Counted from the first letter of the stretch, positions 1 through 9,881 are shown. The stretch: DNA of 64,000 nucleotides from an uncultured Poribacteria bacterium (GCA_951812525.1 OX638316.1:1064506-1128505), one strand, 5' to 3'. The notes: generated from the sequence alone by a model not told the origin. Numbers and translations: made by a program.

Positions 1-960
1 ACCGAACCCACCCTCGGTCTGTACAAAGCCTGTTACCTCAACGTTGTTTCCATCGTCATCTGTTACGGTGATATCCAATCCGCTGGTTTCAAGCGTATTC
101 CCGCGCTGTTCATCGGTGACTGTATCTGGATAGTACACCCATACTATCCACCCAGTTGCCTTCGTCGAATCCTCTGGATGAACGTGGTGTGTCTCTATAG
201 CACCAGGAGTGAATATAGGTAATGGTGTGGGATCTTCTGGTGGATTGGTAGTATCCGGCGTTTCGGTAGTGCCACCATTGCCGCTGTTACCACCATTGCC
301 GCCGCCATTACCGCCATTGCCACCGTTACCACCATTGCCGCCGTTGCCACCATTACCGCCGTTGCCACCGTTGCCTGGTGGATTATTATTGTTCGGTGGA
401 TTATTATTCGATGGATTATTATTCGATGGATTACCACTACTTGGCGGATTCCCGGTGTTGCCACCACCGCCGGTATTTCCATTGTTACCACCACCATTGT
501 TACCGCCACCGTTATTGCCACCACTACCAGTATTACCGCCAGTATTGCCTTGTGGAGGGTTATTTACATTGGCACCGCTTGATCTCGGTTGAACTCTTCC
601 TGTATCCCTCAATTGCTGCGCAATTATGGTGGTGTCCACTGCTCTCTCTGCACGCAGGATAGGTCTACCTTCGTAATAGAACACATAAATGAGTTTTTGC
701 GGATGGATGTGAATGACGGGTGCATTGATTGTTGCACCGCCACTTCCTCCGTACACAAGTTCCATACAAGATGAATTAACCCCGTTTTCAATGCAGATTA
801 ATCCTCCACCGTTCGAGATAGTATACTTGTCTATATCGTCGGGCGTTAACATTGAACCGAGAGGAGTATCGGAACACCCGGTTATGCCAAGCAGTATAAA
901 CAGAATGCTACCGATTAAGCATAACGATAAAAGTCTAATTTTTAACACAGTTTTAGCCAT
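1..960 (-). CDS. Lipoprotein with Gly/Asn/Pro low-complexity insert; paralog of the adjacent gene; 3' end runs off the window (not in the ORF track)
   Basis: ATG at 960 with an AAGGAG SD. My translation: MAKTVLKIRLLSLCLIGSILFILLGITGC (lipobox)...PVIHIHPQKLIYVFYYEGRPIL...(GGN)n...GWIVWVYYP...SGLDITV. The frame is open to position 1 and its motifs match 986..1759. Confidence 0.85.
   Translation of the reverse strand, partial: MAKTVLKIRLLSLCLIGSILFILLGITGCSDTPLGSMLTPDDIDKYTISNGGGLICIENGVNSSCMELVYGGSGGATINAPVIHIHPQKLIYVFYYEGRPILRAERAVDTTIIAQQLRDTGRVQPRSSGANVNNPPQGNTGGNTGSGGNNGGGNNGGGNNGNTGGGGNTGNPPSSGNPSNNNPSNNNPPNNNNPPGNGGNGGNGGNGGNGGNGGNGGNGGGNGGNSGNGGTTETPDTTNPPEDPTPLPIFTPGAIETHHVHPEDSTKATGWIVWVYYPDTVTDEQRGNTLETSGLDITVTDDDGNNVEVTGFVQTEGGFG
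270..545 (-). repeat. Coding low-complexity repeat: (GGN)n and (NNNP)n tracts
   Basis: Degenerate 9-bp (ccaccattg/ccgccgttg) and 15-bp (ggattattattcgat) tandem repeats, translating to GGNGGN... and PSNNNPSNNNPPNNNNPP on the minus strand. Confidence 0.9.
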
Positions 961-985
961 GACGTTACTCCTTCCCAGAAGCCTA

Positions 986-1759
986 TTATAGTGGTCGCAA
1001 TTGGAGGATGTTAGTATCTGTATTAGAGTCGACGCCATTCGCGCTGATATGGAATTCCGCGGTATTGCCCGGGACTAATCCACCGACTTGAACAGTTATG
1101 TTCGGAGCCTCAGTATCAACAGAGAATTGAACGCCGCGGCTGCCATTGAGTCCGTCGGTCTCTCCAAAGTTCCTTATCCGAAGGTCTCTTCGGGTGTTAG
1201 GTACCATCTTTTGACCTTCTACAACTCTGATGTCAAGCCCGCTGTTTCCAAGTGTTAGCCTACGATTTATTTGGGGACCTGAATTCAGGTAGTATACCTG
1301 GATAATCCAGCCTTCAGGCTCATTTGGAGCACCAGTCCCCCCGATATTGTTGATATCTGACGGCAGCTGAACTCTTCCGACCTCCGCCAACTCCTGTATA
1401 AGCTCGGATGTGTCCATCCCTCTCTTCGCATACAAAATAGGCTTACCTTCATAATAGAATACATAACTGAGACTTGTTGGATGAACATGGACGACGGGTG
1501 TATAGTCAACGCCTGTCCCGCCAACCTCTACCTCATCCAGCATAAGTTTTACACAAACCGAATCGAATCCATCCTGAAGGCAGAGGGTATCTTGTTCCAT
1601 TGAGTCAAGATACTGGTCTACATGTTGAACTGTAATTACCTGACCTGTATAAGGAACATCGGAACAACCGGTTATACCGAGAAGCATAATTAAGATGCCG
1701 CCGATCAAACTTAACGCTAAAGGTTCGCTTTTTTTCATTATTTCAAAACCTACTTTCAT
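986..1759 (-). CDS. Hypothetical lipoprotein
   Basis: GGAGG SD before the ATG at 1759 (the ORF-track start at 2074 looks over-extended). Lipobox LLGITGC. Paralogous to 1..960. Confidence 0.8.
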   Translation of the reverse strand: MKVGFEIMKKSEPLALSLIGGILIMLLGITGCSDVPYTGQVITVQHVDQYLDSMEQDTLCLQDGFDSVCVKLMLDEVEVGGTGVDYTPVVHVHPTSLSYVFYYEGKPILYAKRGMDTSELIQELAEVGRVQLPSDINNIGGTGAPNEPEGWIIQVYYLNSGPQINRRLTLGNSGLDIRVVEGQKMVPNTRRDLRIRNFGETDGLNGSRGVQFSVDTEAPNITVQVGGLVPGNTAEFHISANGVDSNTDTNILQLRPL

Positions 1760-2225
1760 TATTGCCTCCGTGAAGTTAGCACCAGTGATGCCCGAATTAT
1801 TAAAATTTACAATTTTCTTGTCTTTGTGCTGATTCATCTTCACACACTGAATATCCCCAACAACCATCGATCCTTTAGTCAGTATCTCGACGCGGCAGTA
1901 TTGAGCAGATACATCACTAATTTTTAATTTTATGTTCTTCATGATATTATTCCCCAGCTGGAAAACCATAGCCGCATGGGTGGCACATCTGTTCCTGCAT
2001 AACCGAAATAGTATATCAACGTGTGTTTGATTTAAACGCGTCAGTCGAATTACATAGAATACGAAAGATCTCAAATATTGAGATTGTTTGGGTTTCCTTT
2101 TTACTTCAAGACTTCCAAATCCGAGTGAAGTTCAAACGGTATAATAAACGAAAGGTATTAATATTGGGTTTCACCATACCGACGCAATTTCCGCACCACG
2201 TACTTAAATAACCATGTTAGCGTAT

Positions 2226-2266
2226 ACAATTTTTGTGTGCTATATCACAATTTTTGTGTTCTATAT
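2226..2266. promoter_or_regulatory. Direct repeat ACAATTTTTGTGT(G/T)CTATAT with 21-bp period; putative operator
   Basis: Two copies at 2226 and 2247 upstream of the lipoprotein pair. The same core and spacing recur at 60647-60739. Confidence 0.5.
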
Positions 2267-2321
2267 TACGATATTAGCACTTTTACAACAGAAAAAGATT
2301 GTGAATAGATACTGTGTAGCC

Positions 2322-2365
2322 AAAAAGAGAGCGGACCATACCATAAAGTGCATTGTCCGCTCTTT
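2322..2365 (-). terminator. Rho-independent terminator downstream of the lamin-tail gene
   Basis: Stem AGAGCGGAC/GTCCGCTCT followed by a T-tract on the minus strand. Confidence 0.6.
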
Positions 2366-2397
2366 GTTCAGCAGAACGTAATTAAAATATCCCTTGG

Positions 2398-4275
2398 TTA
2401 ATCTCGTAAGTGTTTCAACTCGCCCCACTGTGTGGTCAGTTTACCTTTAGCGGAAATTAGTCCTCTCAGATGACTCGTGGCTAACGTTTGACGCTCGCCG
2501 GCAAAAGAGACATCTTCAATTCGGTAGTAATAGACAACGTTGGGTTTCGCCGTGGTGTCTGTCCATGTATACGTATTTCGCTCACTTGTAGTGCCAGCAC
2601 CTTGAATCAGGGACGTGTTGATAGTCTTGAATTCACCCGCTTTTGTTTGGCTTCGCAATATATTAAATCCTGCGTTGTCCACCTCGGATTCGGTAGTCCA
2701 CCTGATGACAACTATGCCGGTTTCGGTGCGTTCTGGTCTGAAGTGGGAGAGTTGCACAGGAAGTGCCTGTCCTGCGCGAAGTCCAGGGGTGCCGTAGTCG
2801 AAACTATTGCCATACCAAGTTTCAACGTTTTTTCTTGCGACATACGAAAAACCAGTATCTGCTGCAGGAATCCAACCTTCCCGTTGTGTGCCATCGTGCG
2901 CTATGCCTTTCTTAGTGTACACCCCAGTTCGCTGGTTATAATTGCGATATCTACGAATGATCGAGGTTCGGTCTCCACTTCCAGTTCTGCCATCAGGTAG
3001 TTGCCATGTGGGTTGATCGAAAGTTCTGATTTTTCCGTCTAGATTCCCAACTTCGTCAGCGAGCTCATTTCTTCCATCAACAAGTTTGATATGGAAACCT
3101 CTGGTCGGGTGCAAGAACGGATCCCGTGTGCTGCGCATCCCAAATTCTGCTGCGAGTTCTGAGTAGACCTTGAAAACACGGGTGGGTACAAAGTGAGCAC
3201 TATTTGAATTTCTGCCCCCTGATGAGACAATCAGCACAGCCTGATTCGGAGGGATAGTTTTAACGTCGCCGTCATCCTTAAAATTAATTCTTCCGAATCG
3301 GGCCGCTTCTGTTCGATTCGGATCGTCGTAGTTTTCGATGATTAAGCTCCATCCACTGTCAGCATCTAAGGCAACGGCTTCGGTATTAGAGCTATTGAAA
3401 AGCTCAATCCACTGGATCTCACTTGTGCTTCTGTTCGTAGCAAACATGATTTCACTGATAGTCACCGTCCCTGTGAGAGTTCTGACACTTCCCCGACGAG
3501 TTACTGGCAGCCCAACGGTAAATGTACCCGTAGGGAAAATATAAGAACCGGCAGGCGTCGGCTCAACTGTTATCTTTTTCACACCTACACCAGGAACAAT
3601 AGTCACTGTCCAGACTTTTTCTGTGGCGTCAGCTGAAAGACCATCAGATGGGATAAACCCACCGGTGACATCAATATCTGTGCGCACCAGCGTAATTGCT
3701 CGCGTTGAGGTAAATGTCACAGTAAATGGCGCATTGCCGCTAATAGGCATATCATCTGACAAGGTTAGCGGTGGTGATGCGCTCCGAATTACATGGATTA
3801 CTTTTCGATCAGACTCTTGCGTAGGATCGTCATCGACCACATCAAGATTCACTATCCTACCAGGGAGGTTCGCAGCACCTCTAGGCACACGTATAATGAC
3901 CTGATCAACATTCCCCTCGACGGTGATTGTCGTTGTGTATACGCTACGATCAGTGTTAGGTTGAACAGATGTAGCTACTGCACCACGCTGCACAACGTTC
4001 CCGTTGCTATCTGCAGCGATCAAATCAATGTCATTAACATCAAAACCAGTTACCTCGGTATTAACACCCGCAGCGTTCTGAAACGTGACTGTCAACGCAA
4101 AGGTAACGGATTCAGACGTGATCCCGTACACCTGTATATCTGGTGTTGTATCATCCACATCTGTTACTGTCAGTATCGGTGTCACATTTGCGGTTGCCAG
4201 TGTTGTAAAGAAAGCAAGCCCAGCAACGAGTAATATGGCAAAAATTAAGGGAAGTGCCAATTTCTTAGACAACAT
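2398..4275 (-). CDS. Secreted Ig-like + lamin-tail-like domain protein with C-terminal LPVxLSxF...WTTESEVDNAGFNILRS domain and KLTTQWGELK tail
   Basis: Signal peptide after the ATG at 4275 (GGAGGAGG SD). VTISEIMF...QWIELFN lamin-tail signature and a GTPG motif. C-terminal tail shared with 3 other genes. Confidence 0.75.
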   Translation of the reverse strand: MLSKKLALPLIFAILLVAGLAFFTTLATANVTPILTVTDVDDTTPDIQVYGITSESVTFALTVTFQNAAGVNTEVTGFDVNDIDLIAADSNGNVVQRGAVATSVQPNTDRSVYTTTITVEGNVDQVIIRVPRGAANLPGRIVNLDVVDDDPTQESDRKVIHVIRSASPPLTLSDDMPISGNAPFTVTFTSTRAITLVRTDIDVTGGFIPSDGLSADATEKVWTVTIVPGVGVKKITVEPTPAGSYIFPTGTFTVGLPVTRRGSVRTLTGTVTISEIMFATNRSTSEIQWIELFNSSNTEAVALDADSGWSLIIENYDDPNRTEAARFGRINFKDDGDVKTIPPNQAVLIVSSGGRNSNSAHFVPTRVFKVYSELAAEFGMRSTRDPFLHPTRGFHIKLVDGRNELADEVGNLDGKIRTFDQPTWQLPDGRTGSGDRTSIIRRYRNYNQRTGVYTKKGIAHDGTQREGWIPAADTGFSYVARKNVETWYGNSFDYGTPGLRAGQALPVQLSHFRPERTETGIVVIRWTTESEVDNAGFNILRSQTKAGEFKTINTSLIQGAGTTSERNTYTWTDTTAKPNVVYYYRIEDVSFAGERQTLATSHLRGLISAKGKLTTQWGELKHLRD

Positions 4276-4512
4276 GCGTAATTTTCCTCCTCCAAACAAA
4301 ATCAAATTTAGAAACCTACTTTGGGCTTTGGCTTGATTTCTTTTCTTGTTAGGTGAGATCTCAAGCGGGAGCGAATTTGTTAAGGTTTTCTCTTGAAGGA
4401 AATAACGCTATTTACCTTAAGCGCGTTACGAAAACACTATAAACATTACGCCTTTACAGGGGTCAGGAAAAGAGAGATGCGGTGTTTTATATAATCTAAC
4501 GTGACGGGATAA

Positions 4513-4616
4513 TAGGCGCGGAATGTAATCTAAGACAAATTATGCTTGCGTAGCATAATTTGGAAACCGCGCCTACCGATTTTAAGGAGGTATCGGGATT
4601 TGGAAATCCCTCCTAC
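4513..4616. repeat. Cluster of GTAG-type REP-like palindromes
   Basis: TAGGCGCGG...CCGCGCCTAC enclosing a second palindrome CAAATTATGC...GCATAATTTG, then GGGATTTGGAAATCCCTCCTAC. Related copies at 7888, 7936, 14991, 19351 and 48734. Confidence 0.65.
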
Positions 4617-4658
4617 AGAAGTGGTTAGCAAGACGGTAGGAAGCTCGTTAGTGGGGAA

Positions 4659-5189
4659 TTAGAATTGGGCGGGAAAGTTGCCGCGTGCGGCATCCATGAC
4701 TTCGCCTGTAATTTCATCATGTCCGTTGTCTTTGGCGAAACTTTCAATGCCCATCTTTGCCATGGGACGGACGAAACTGGGGATCCGCTCCAAGCGCTCT
4801 AACGCTTCTGGCGTCCAGACTGGACCGGTCGGTTCGTCAGGTACGGACTCTTCCTGGAATGTATCTGAGATGACCGAGGTAAAGGGACATTTGCCCCCTT
4901 CGGTAGTCTCGTCAGAACTTGTTTCTGAGGAAAACATGCTCGACATAGGTTCACTTTTGGCAGTCTCTAACTGTGAACGCACCATTTGCATCGGCTGCGC
5001 TGCTTCGTTGTTACCACCGAGTTTGAGATCCAAGGATTTCAGCATTTGGGTCTCTGACGGATTGAGGTACATGGCGATCTCGGTAAAGCAATCAGGACAC
5101 TCAAAAAGTGCTGTCACGGAGCCTTGTTCAGGGCGGGTTACATCTTTAAACTTCATCGCTGTGTCGCAGTCTGTACATAGGAATTTCAT
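4659..5189 (-). CDS. Zn-ribbon (CxxC...CxxC) + PCP_red (BchB/ChlB C-terminal-like) domain protein
   Basis: CTDC/CPDC pair, GKCPF motif, and C-terminal WTPEALERLERIPSFVRPMAK...IESFAK PCP_red signature. Confidence 0.8.
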   Translation of the reverse strand: MKFLCTDCDTAMKFKDVTRPEQGSVTALFECPDCFTEIAMYLNPSETQMLKSLDLKLGGNNEAAQPMQMVRSQLETAKSEPMSSMFSSETSSDETTEGGKCPFTSVISDTFQEESVPDEPTGPVWTPEALERLERIPSFVRPMAKMGIESFAKDNGHDEITGEVMDAARGNFPAQF

Positions 5190-5201
5190 TTTCTGTCTCC
5201 T

Positions 5202-6083
5202 TTAATTTTCAAAAAACGCTTGAATCTTTTCAGCCATCTGCATGAGTACTTTACTTGCCGGAGCATCTGGATATTCACCAAGATAAGAAGTTCCGTTGTC
5301 ACTGGCGCGGGCGAGTTTCGGATCAAAGGGAATGCTACCGAGAATTGCCTGTTGGAATGCACTGTCCAAGGGTTCCTCAGCGGAAAAGAGCGGTTCCTCC
5401 TCTCCACAATGTTGACAGACATAGAAAGCCATATTTTCAACGACGCCGATGATCGGAACATTCAGAATATCTTTCGCCATTGTTACCGACTTCTTGACAA
5501 TCAGTTGCGAGACTTCTGAAGGGATCGTCACGACGACGACACCGCCGAGGTTGGGGATGAGTTCTGCCACATTTGGAAGCCGATCAGTACCGGGAGGTAG
5601 ATCAAGCAGGAGGTAATCCAACTCGCCCCATTCGGTGTCGGAAATGAATTCTCGTAAGGCACCGACCTCCATTGAGCTACGCCATGTAAATGCGTCCTTC
5701 TGTGTGTGCGCATTCCAGATAACGGGGGCGTCGTCTTCCGCCAAGAGCAGATCCATGGAGATAAGCTTGGTACCGAGTGCGGTGATCGCCGGCTTGACAC
5801 CTATAGAGGTGTATTCCAGTGTAGCACTGCGGACCCCCATCATCTTGGCGAGTGTCGGTCCGTTGATGTCAGCATCGACGACACCGACAGTGTTGCCTTT
5901 TAACGTAAGTGCGGTGGCGAGGTTGGCGGTGAGTGAACTTTTGCCGACACCACCCTTTCCACTCATAATTGCGACTGTGTGCTTGACTGAGGCAAGACGT
6001 TTCTGGAGGCGGTTTACCTGCGCTGTGACTTGCCCGATAATATTGGAACCGGCATCACTCGGCAAATCCTTATATGTTTTCAT
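5202..6083 (-). CDS. apbC: Mrp/ApbC/NBP35 Fe-S cluster carrier ATPase
   Basis: SGKGGVGKS deviant Walker A, DADINGP, WGELDYLLLDLPPGT, GVVENM...CQHC. Confidence 0.9.
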   Translation of the reverse strand: MKTYKDLPSDAGSNIIGQVTAQVNRLQKRLASVKHTVAIMSGKGGVGKSSLTANLATALTLKGNTVGVVDADINGPTLAKMMGVRSATLEYTSIGVKPAITALGTKLISMDLLLAEDDAPVIWNAHTQKDAFTWRSSMEVGALREFISDTEWGELDYLLLDLPPGTDRLPNVAELIPNLGGVVVVTIPSEVSQLIVKKSVTMAKDILNVPIIGVVENMAFYVCQHCGEEEPLFSAEEPLDSAFQQAILGSIPFDPKLARASDNGTSYLGEYPDAPASKVLMQMAEKIQAFFEN

Positions 6084-7366
6084 TCTCCGCCACCGATTGC
6101 ATAGAGTGCGTTATAGCTGCGCAAGTAGAGTGCCTGGTTAGTGATAACGGGAGATGCGGCGATGGTTTCGTTTATGGAATTGCTGGCGACTATTTCAAAC
6201 TCACGTCCCGCTTTCACAACGGTGATAACACCGTCTCGAGATGTAAGGTAGATATATCCATTTGCATAGACAGGCGAGGCGCGATGTCGATGCCGATGCG
6301 TCCGCTCACGGTAGAGTTGTTGTCCGGTTTCGGCATCAAGACATATTAGGTCCCCATTTTCCCGACAGAGATAGACCAATCCGTCGTGAATAAGAGGCGA
6401 AGGGACATCGGGTGTGCCTTGTCGAAGCTTCCAGCGTTGCCATTTGCCGTTAGTGACATCGCCTTGTGCGGCGGGATCGATGCCGACAACGGGTCCATTT
6501 TTCGCCGAAGGGACGACGATAAGACCTTCTGTCACGACAGGTGAGGCGACGAACCGAAGGGTGTAGTTGTAATTTCCCTTGGGATTCAAGTCACCGCATC
6601 GCCAGATTTCGCTGCCATCTTCAAGGCTGTGTGCAGTCACATAATCGGCACCATGTACGACGAGGTATTCATGTTCTGCATCGCGGTAGAGAATGGGGGA
6701 GGTGTAGGCGTGTTCACATTCCTCGGTTGCGTCGCTATCACGTTTATGTTTCCAGATTTCCTCGCCCGTCATTTTGTCGAGCGCAAGGACAAGCCACGCG
6801 CCGCTGTGGATGAGATGCATGTAAAGCCGATCTTGGTCAAGGAGCGGGGTTGTTGCCATGACAAAGTAAAGGTTGAATCTACCGTACCGCTCGGCAAGAT
6901 TGGTGTGCCATACCTCATTTCCATCGAAATCATAACAGACGAGATCCCCTGTGCCAAAGAACGCCCAGACGTGTTCACCATTCGTTACAGGAGAGGGTGC
7001 CGCAAAATTGCCTTCACCCCTACGAACAACTCGGTTCCCGCGTGCTATAGTGCGTTTCCAGAGTTCTTTGCCTTCGGTGCTGATACACATCAAAACAAGT
7101 GCGTCATCTTCAGCGGAGGTGAGGAAAATTTTATCCTCCCAAACGATAGGCGTGGAGGCGGCTTCTCCAGGGAGAGGGAAACGCCATTGGATATTTTCAG
7201 TTTGGCTCCATTGGATAGGCGCATTGGTGGCTTGGCTGACACCGTCGTTATTTGGTCCGCGCCACCGGTGCCAATTGTCAGCAGACAAAGACCCTACAAG
7301 GATAAAAACTGTGAGTAAAAGGGTTAGCGTGTTTCTTAACATAAGTTTTTGCATAATGAACACCAT
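6080..7366 (-). CDS. Secreted PQQ-like beta-propeller (BamB-like) repeat protein
   Basis: Signal peptide, NWHRWRGPNNDG N-terminus, repeated xSPV/I...G.E.W blades. ATGA overlap with the Mrp gene. Confidence 0.85.
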   Translation of the reverse strand: MVFIMQKLMLRNTLTLLLTVFILVGSLSADNWHRWRGPNNDGVSQATNAPIQWSQTENIQWRFPLPGEAASTPIVWEDKIFLTSAEDDALVLMCISTEGKELWKRTIARGNRVVRRGEGNFAAPSPVTNGEHVWAFFGTGDLVCYDFDGNEVWHTNLAERYGRFNLYFVMATTPLLDQDRLYMHLIHSGAWLVLALDKMTGEEIWKHKRDSDATEECEHAYTSPILYRDAEHEYLVVHGADYVTAHSLEDGSEIWRCGDLNPKGNYNYTLRFVASPVVTEGLIVVPSAKNGPVVGIDPAAQGDVTNGKWQRWKLRQGTPDVPSPLIHDGLVYLCRENGDLICLDAETGQQLYRERTHRHRHRASPVYANGYIYLTSRDGVITVVKAGREFEIVASNSINETIAASPVITNQALYLRSYNALYAIGGGE

Positions 7367-7408
7367 CCTTCAGTGGACCCTATTGTGGTACACTGTCTCT
7401 GCCAAGTT

Positions 7409-7837
7409 TTAATGCTTCTCGTCCGTCCACAAGCCGCGATCAGGTCCCTTCCACTGATACGGGACTATTTTTGATAAGGTTCCCAATCTGTATTCCAGAA
7501 ACTCATATCCTGCTTCTATCACATAGCCTTCGTTTGTGAAAATAGGGAACTCCAATTTGGAGAGCGTATCAAAAGGTTCAATTTCCATCCATATATCCAG
7601 TTTACCTTCCACTGTCCTATAGAAAAGATCGGCGGAATGGCTTTCATGTTTCAGAACCATGACAACGCCAGATTGTATAACTTCTCCACTAGACGAGCAG
7701 ACCTTTAAGCCGACGACAAGATCGTTTGTTGGTGGGGGATCTGACTGGACTTTAAACCATAAACCGTGGTGTGACCCCTCCGCAATGCCCTCATTTGGAC
7801 CGATGATTTGGAATGTGACAGTTGGGGTATCGTTCAT
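7409..7837 (-). CDS. Hypothetical protein
   Basis: 142-aa ORF co-oriented with the cluster. No recognised motif. Preceded by REP-like elements. Confidence 0.55.
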   Translation of the reverse strand: MNDTPTVTFQIIGPNEGIAEGSHHGLWFKVQSDPPPTNDLVVGLKVCSSSGEVIQSGVVMVLKHESHSADLFYRTVEGKLDIWMEIEPFDTLSKLEFPIFTNEGYVIEAGYEFLEYRLGTLSKIVPYQWKGPDRGLWTDEKH

Positions 7838-7866
7838 TATTTGTTTTCTCTATTTTCCAGTCTATT

Positions 7867-7954
7867 AACGATACACTATGTATCGTTGAGGTTGGAAACC
7901 TCGCCTACCAAAGAAAGACTACTTTGTATATCGTCGAGGTGGAAATCTCCCTAT
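7867..7954. repeat. Hairpin plus two REP-like palindromes
   Basis: AACGATACA...TGTATCGTT hairpin; GAGGTTGGAAACCTCGCCTAC; GAGGTGGAAATCTCCCTAT. Confidence 0.55.
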
Positions 7955-7973
7955 AGTCAATCCCAATTGTTAC

Positions 7974-9881
7974 TTATTCCTGATTTGGCGGTTGATAATA
8001 TTGCCCGAGGACTTCATTGGCAAGGCTTCTGCCATCCTCAATGACGCGTGCGGCGAAATCGAGAGTAATTTCGGTAATATTGTTTTCTTGTGCGCGTTGT
8101 TCAATCCTCGTTTGTGTGATATTCCGCATGAACCCAGCAGGCACGAGATTCAGGCGTTCGATTGCCTCCTCAGTCCACTGCAATGGACTTTCAAAATTTT
8201 GTCCGACTTCAGCAGCGTTTTGGGGGTCTGTAGCCTGTGCTTGTAGAGTCCTGAGTTCGGGCGCATCTTCACGGACTGCTGCGGCTTCACCCATACTGTC
8301 GTTAATGATCTCGGTTGCGAAGGCGTTGGTGATAGTCCCAATCTTTTGGGCGCGTGCGGATTTTTCGATCCGCGCTTTGACGTTACGACGCATATAGCCG
8401 CGTGGCACACGACGGAGTGCTTTTTTCGATTGCTCTGACCACTGGAGCCGCACGCCATCAAATGTCTCTTCCGCTGCAGCACCACCTTCGTCCACGGCGA
8501 TGTGTTCCAAGGAACCCTTATCAACCATTTGGAACTGTTCGGGTGAGGCACTACAGACAGGACACTGTACGGGCTGTTGATTGTGCGCAGCGTAGCCACA
8601 TTCGCCGCAAATGTAGGTTTGCACGGCATCCGATGCGAGCACCTGCTGTTCAGCAATCTCTTTGGCAACGCGCGTCAGTCTTTCAGAGGCGCGTTCTGGC
8701 ATAATCGCTTCCATGGCTTTATCAATGACGCTTTCGGTGATAACGGAATGACCGCGTTCTATGGCAAACCGATGAACAGCTGTCTTAGCGATGCCCCGGA
8801 TCAAAGGTGGGGCTTTCTCCATTCTATCTAACGCCTCCTGCGTCCAGACGAGGATTTCTTCGGCTTTTACATCAATCTGTGGAAAATAGCGTTGACTCAC
8901 CAAAAGGACATTGCAAGGTGCGAGGCGTAACAGGTTCTCGGCGGTGCTGCCGATGTCCGTATCCTGTTCACTGTGGACGCCGATCCTACCTAAAACAAGG
9001 AGCCAAGGATTTGTTTTGCGTGTGTATTGTAAAACCTTTTCGTAGGCTTTTCCATCAAGGAGGGTAATTTTCAGAGCGTAGTTGTGCTCCTCTTTTGCGA
9101 TAGAGCGGGCGACTTCAAGGTGGGATTGATAAATCTTCGCCAATCCGGTATCAATCACTTCTTCGTGCAGTTGCTCTTGCTCCTTAAATCTGAAAGTTCG
9201 CGCTGCGCGTTCCGTAAGTACGTTGACAACGGAATTGAAGACGATATAGTGGAGATAGGGATCGTAAACACCGACTGCTTCGACCTGTTTGTTGAACATT
9301 TTTCCAAGTTGTATCGCTGTTTTCAAGCCTGAAAAAGATTCAGGACTTCCATCAATACCGACGAGGATATTTCCGTCATGTTCTTCAACGGGGTCGAGGT
9401 CACGGACGACGAGTGTATCGGTATTAATACGGCGGACGACGCGTTCACAGACACCACCGATGAGACTATCCTTAACAGCCCCCATGCCGAGTGCACCCAT
9501 AATGACGAGATCGTAGTCGCTTGCCTGAATGTCTTCAACGAGTTTTATGTAGTGTTTGCCTTCGGGCATTTTCGGCTCAAAGGGGATGTCAAGTTCAGCG
9601 CACTTCTGTTTCATTACCTCCAGATAGGAGTCAGAGATAAGTTGTAGCCCCATGGTAATGAGTGTATCGTGAATCCGACGTTGTTTTTCGAGTTCGACCT
9701 CGTCTTGGTACTCCTCTGGCAGGGTATATTCCATCTGTTTAAAGCGGACATCGTGCATCTTTGCGGCGTAAACGTGCGAACCCACCAATTGCGAGCCGAA
9801 CTTCTTGGCGAACGCAACCGCTAAAGCGATGCTTGCATCTGAATAGTCCGAATTGTCAACAGGCACATATATTTTTTTCAT
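7974..9881 (-). CDS. Tandem universal stress protein (USP) domains + rubredoxin-like CxxC...CPxC + three PCP_red domains
   Basis: KKIYVPVDNS...DLVIMGALG and ILVGIDGS...LLVLG USP motifs; CGECGY...CPVC; three W(T/S)xEA...VP/AP...R repeats. Confidence 0.85.
   Translation of the reverse strand: MKKIYVPVDNSDYSDASIALAVAFAKKFGSQLVGSHVYAAKMHDVRFKQMEYTLPEEYQDEVELEKQRRIHDTLITMGLQLISDSYLEVMKQKCAELDIPFEPKMPEGKHYIKLVEDIQASDYDLVIMGALGMGAVKDSLIGGVCERVVRRINTDTLVVRDLDPVEEHDGNILVGIDGSPESFSGLKTAIQLGKMFNKQVEAVGVYDPYLHYIVFNSVVNVLTERAARTFRFKEQEQLHEEVIDTGLAKIYQSHLEVARSIAKEEHNYALKITLLDGKAYEKVLQYTRKTNPWLLVLGRIGVHSEQDTDIGSTAENLLRLAPCNVLLVSQRYFPQIDVKAEEILVWTQEALDRMEKAPPLIRGIAKTAVHRFAIERGHSVITESVIDKAMEAIMPERASERLTRVAKEIAEQQVLASDAVQTYICGECGYAAHNQQPVQCPVCSASPEQFQMVDKGSLEHIAVDEGGAAAEETFDGVRLQWSEQSKKALRRVPRGYMRRNVKARIEKSARAQKIGTITNAFATEIINDSMGEAAAVREDAPELRTLQAQATDPQNAAEVGQNFESPLQWTEEAIERLNLVPAGFMRNITQTRIEQRAQENNITEITLDFAARVIEDGRSLANEVLGQYYQPPNQE

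Noticed and set aside
195-662. ORF-track Pro/Leu-rich, Ala/Val-rich and His/Tyr-rich ORFs (209..592, 195..524, 378..662)
   Set aside because: They are alternative-frame shadows of the GGN repeat in the real minus-strand lipoprotein gene starting at 960.
1760-2074. N-terminal extension of ORF 986..2074
   Set aside because: The SD and lipoprotein signal place the start at 1759, and the paralog has no such extension.
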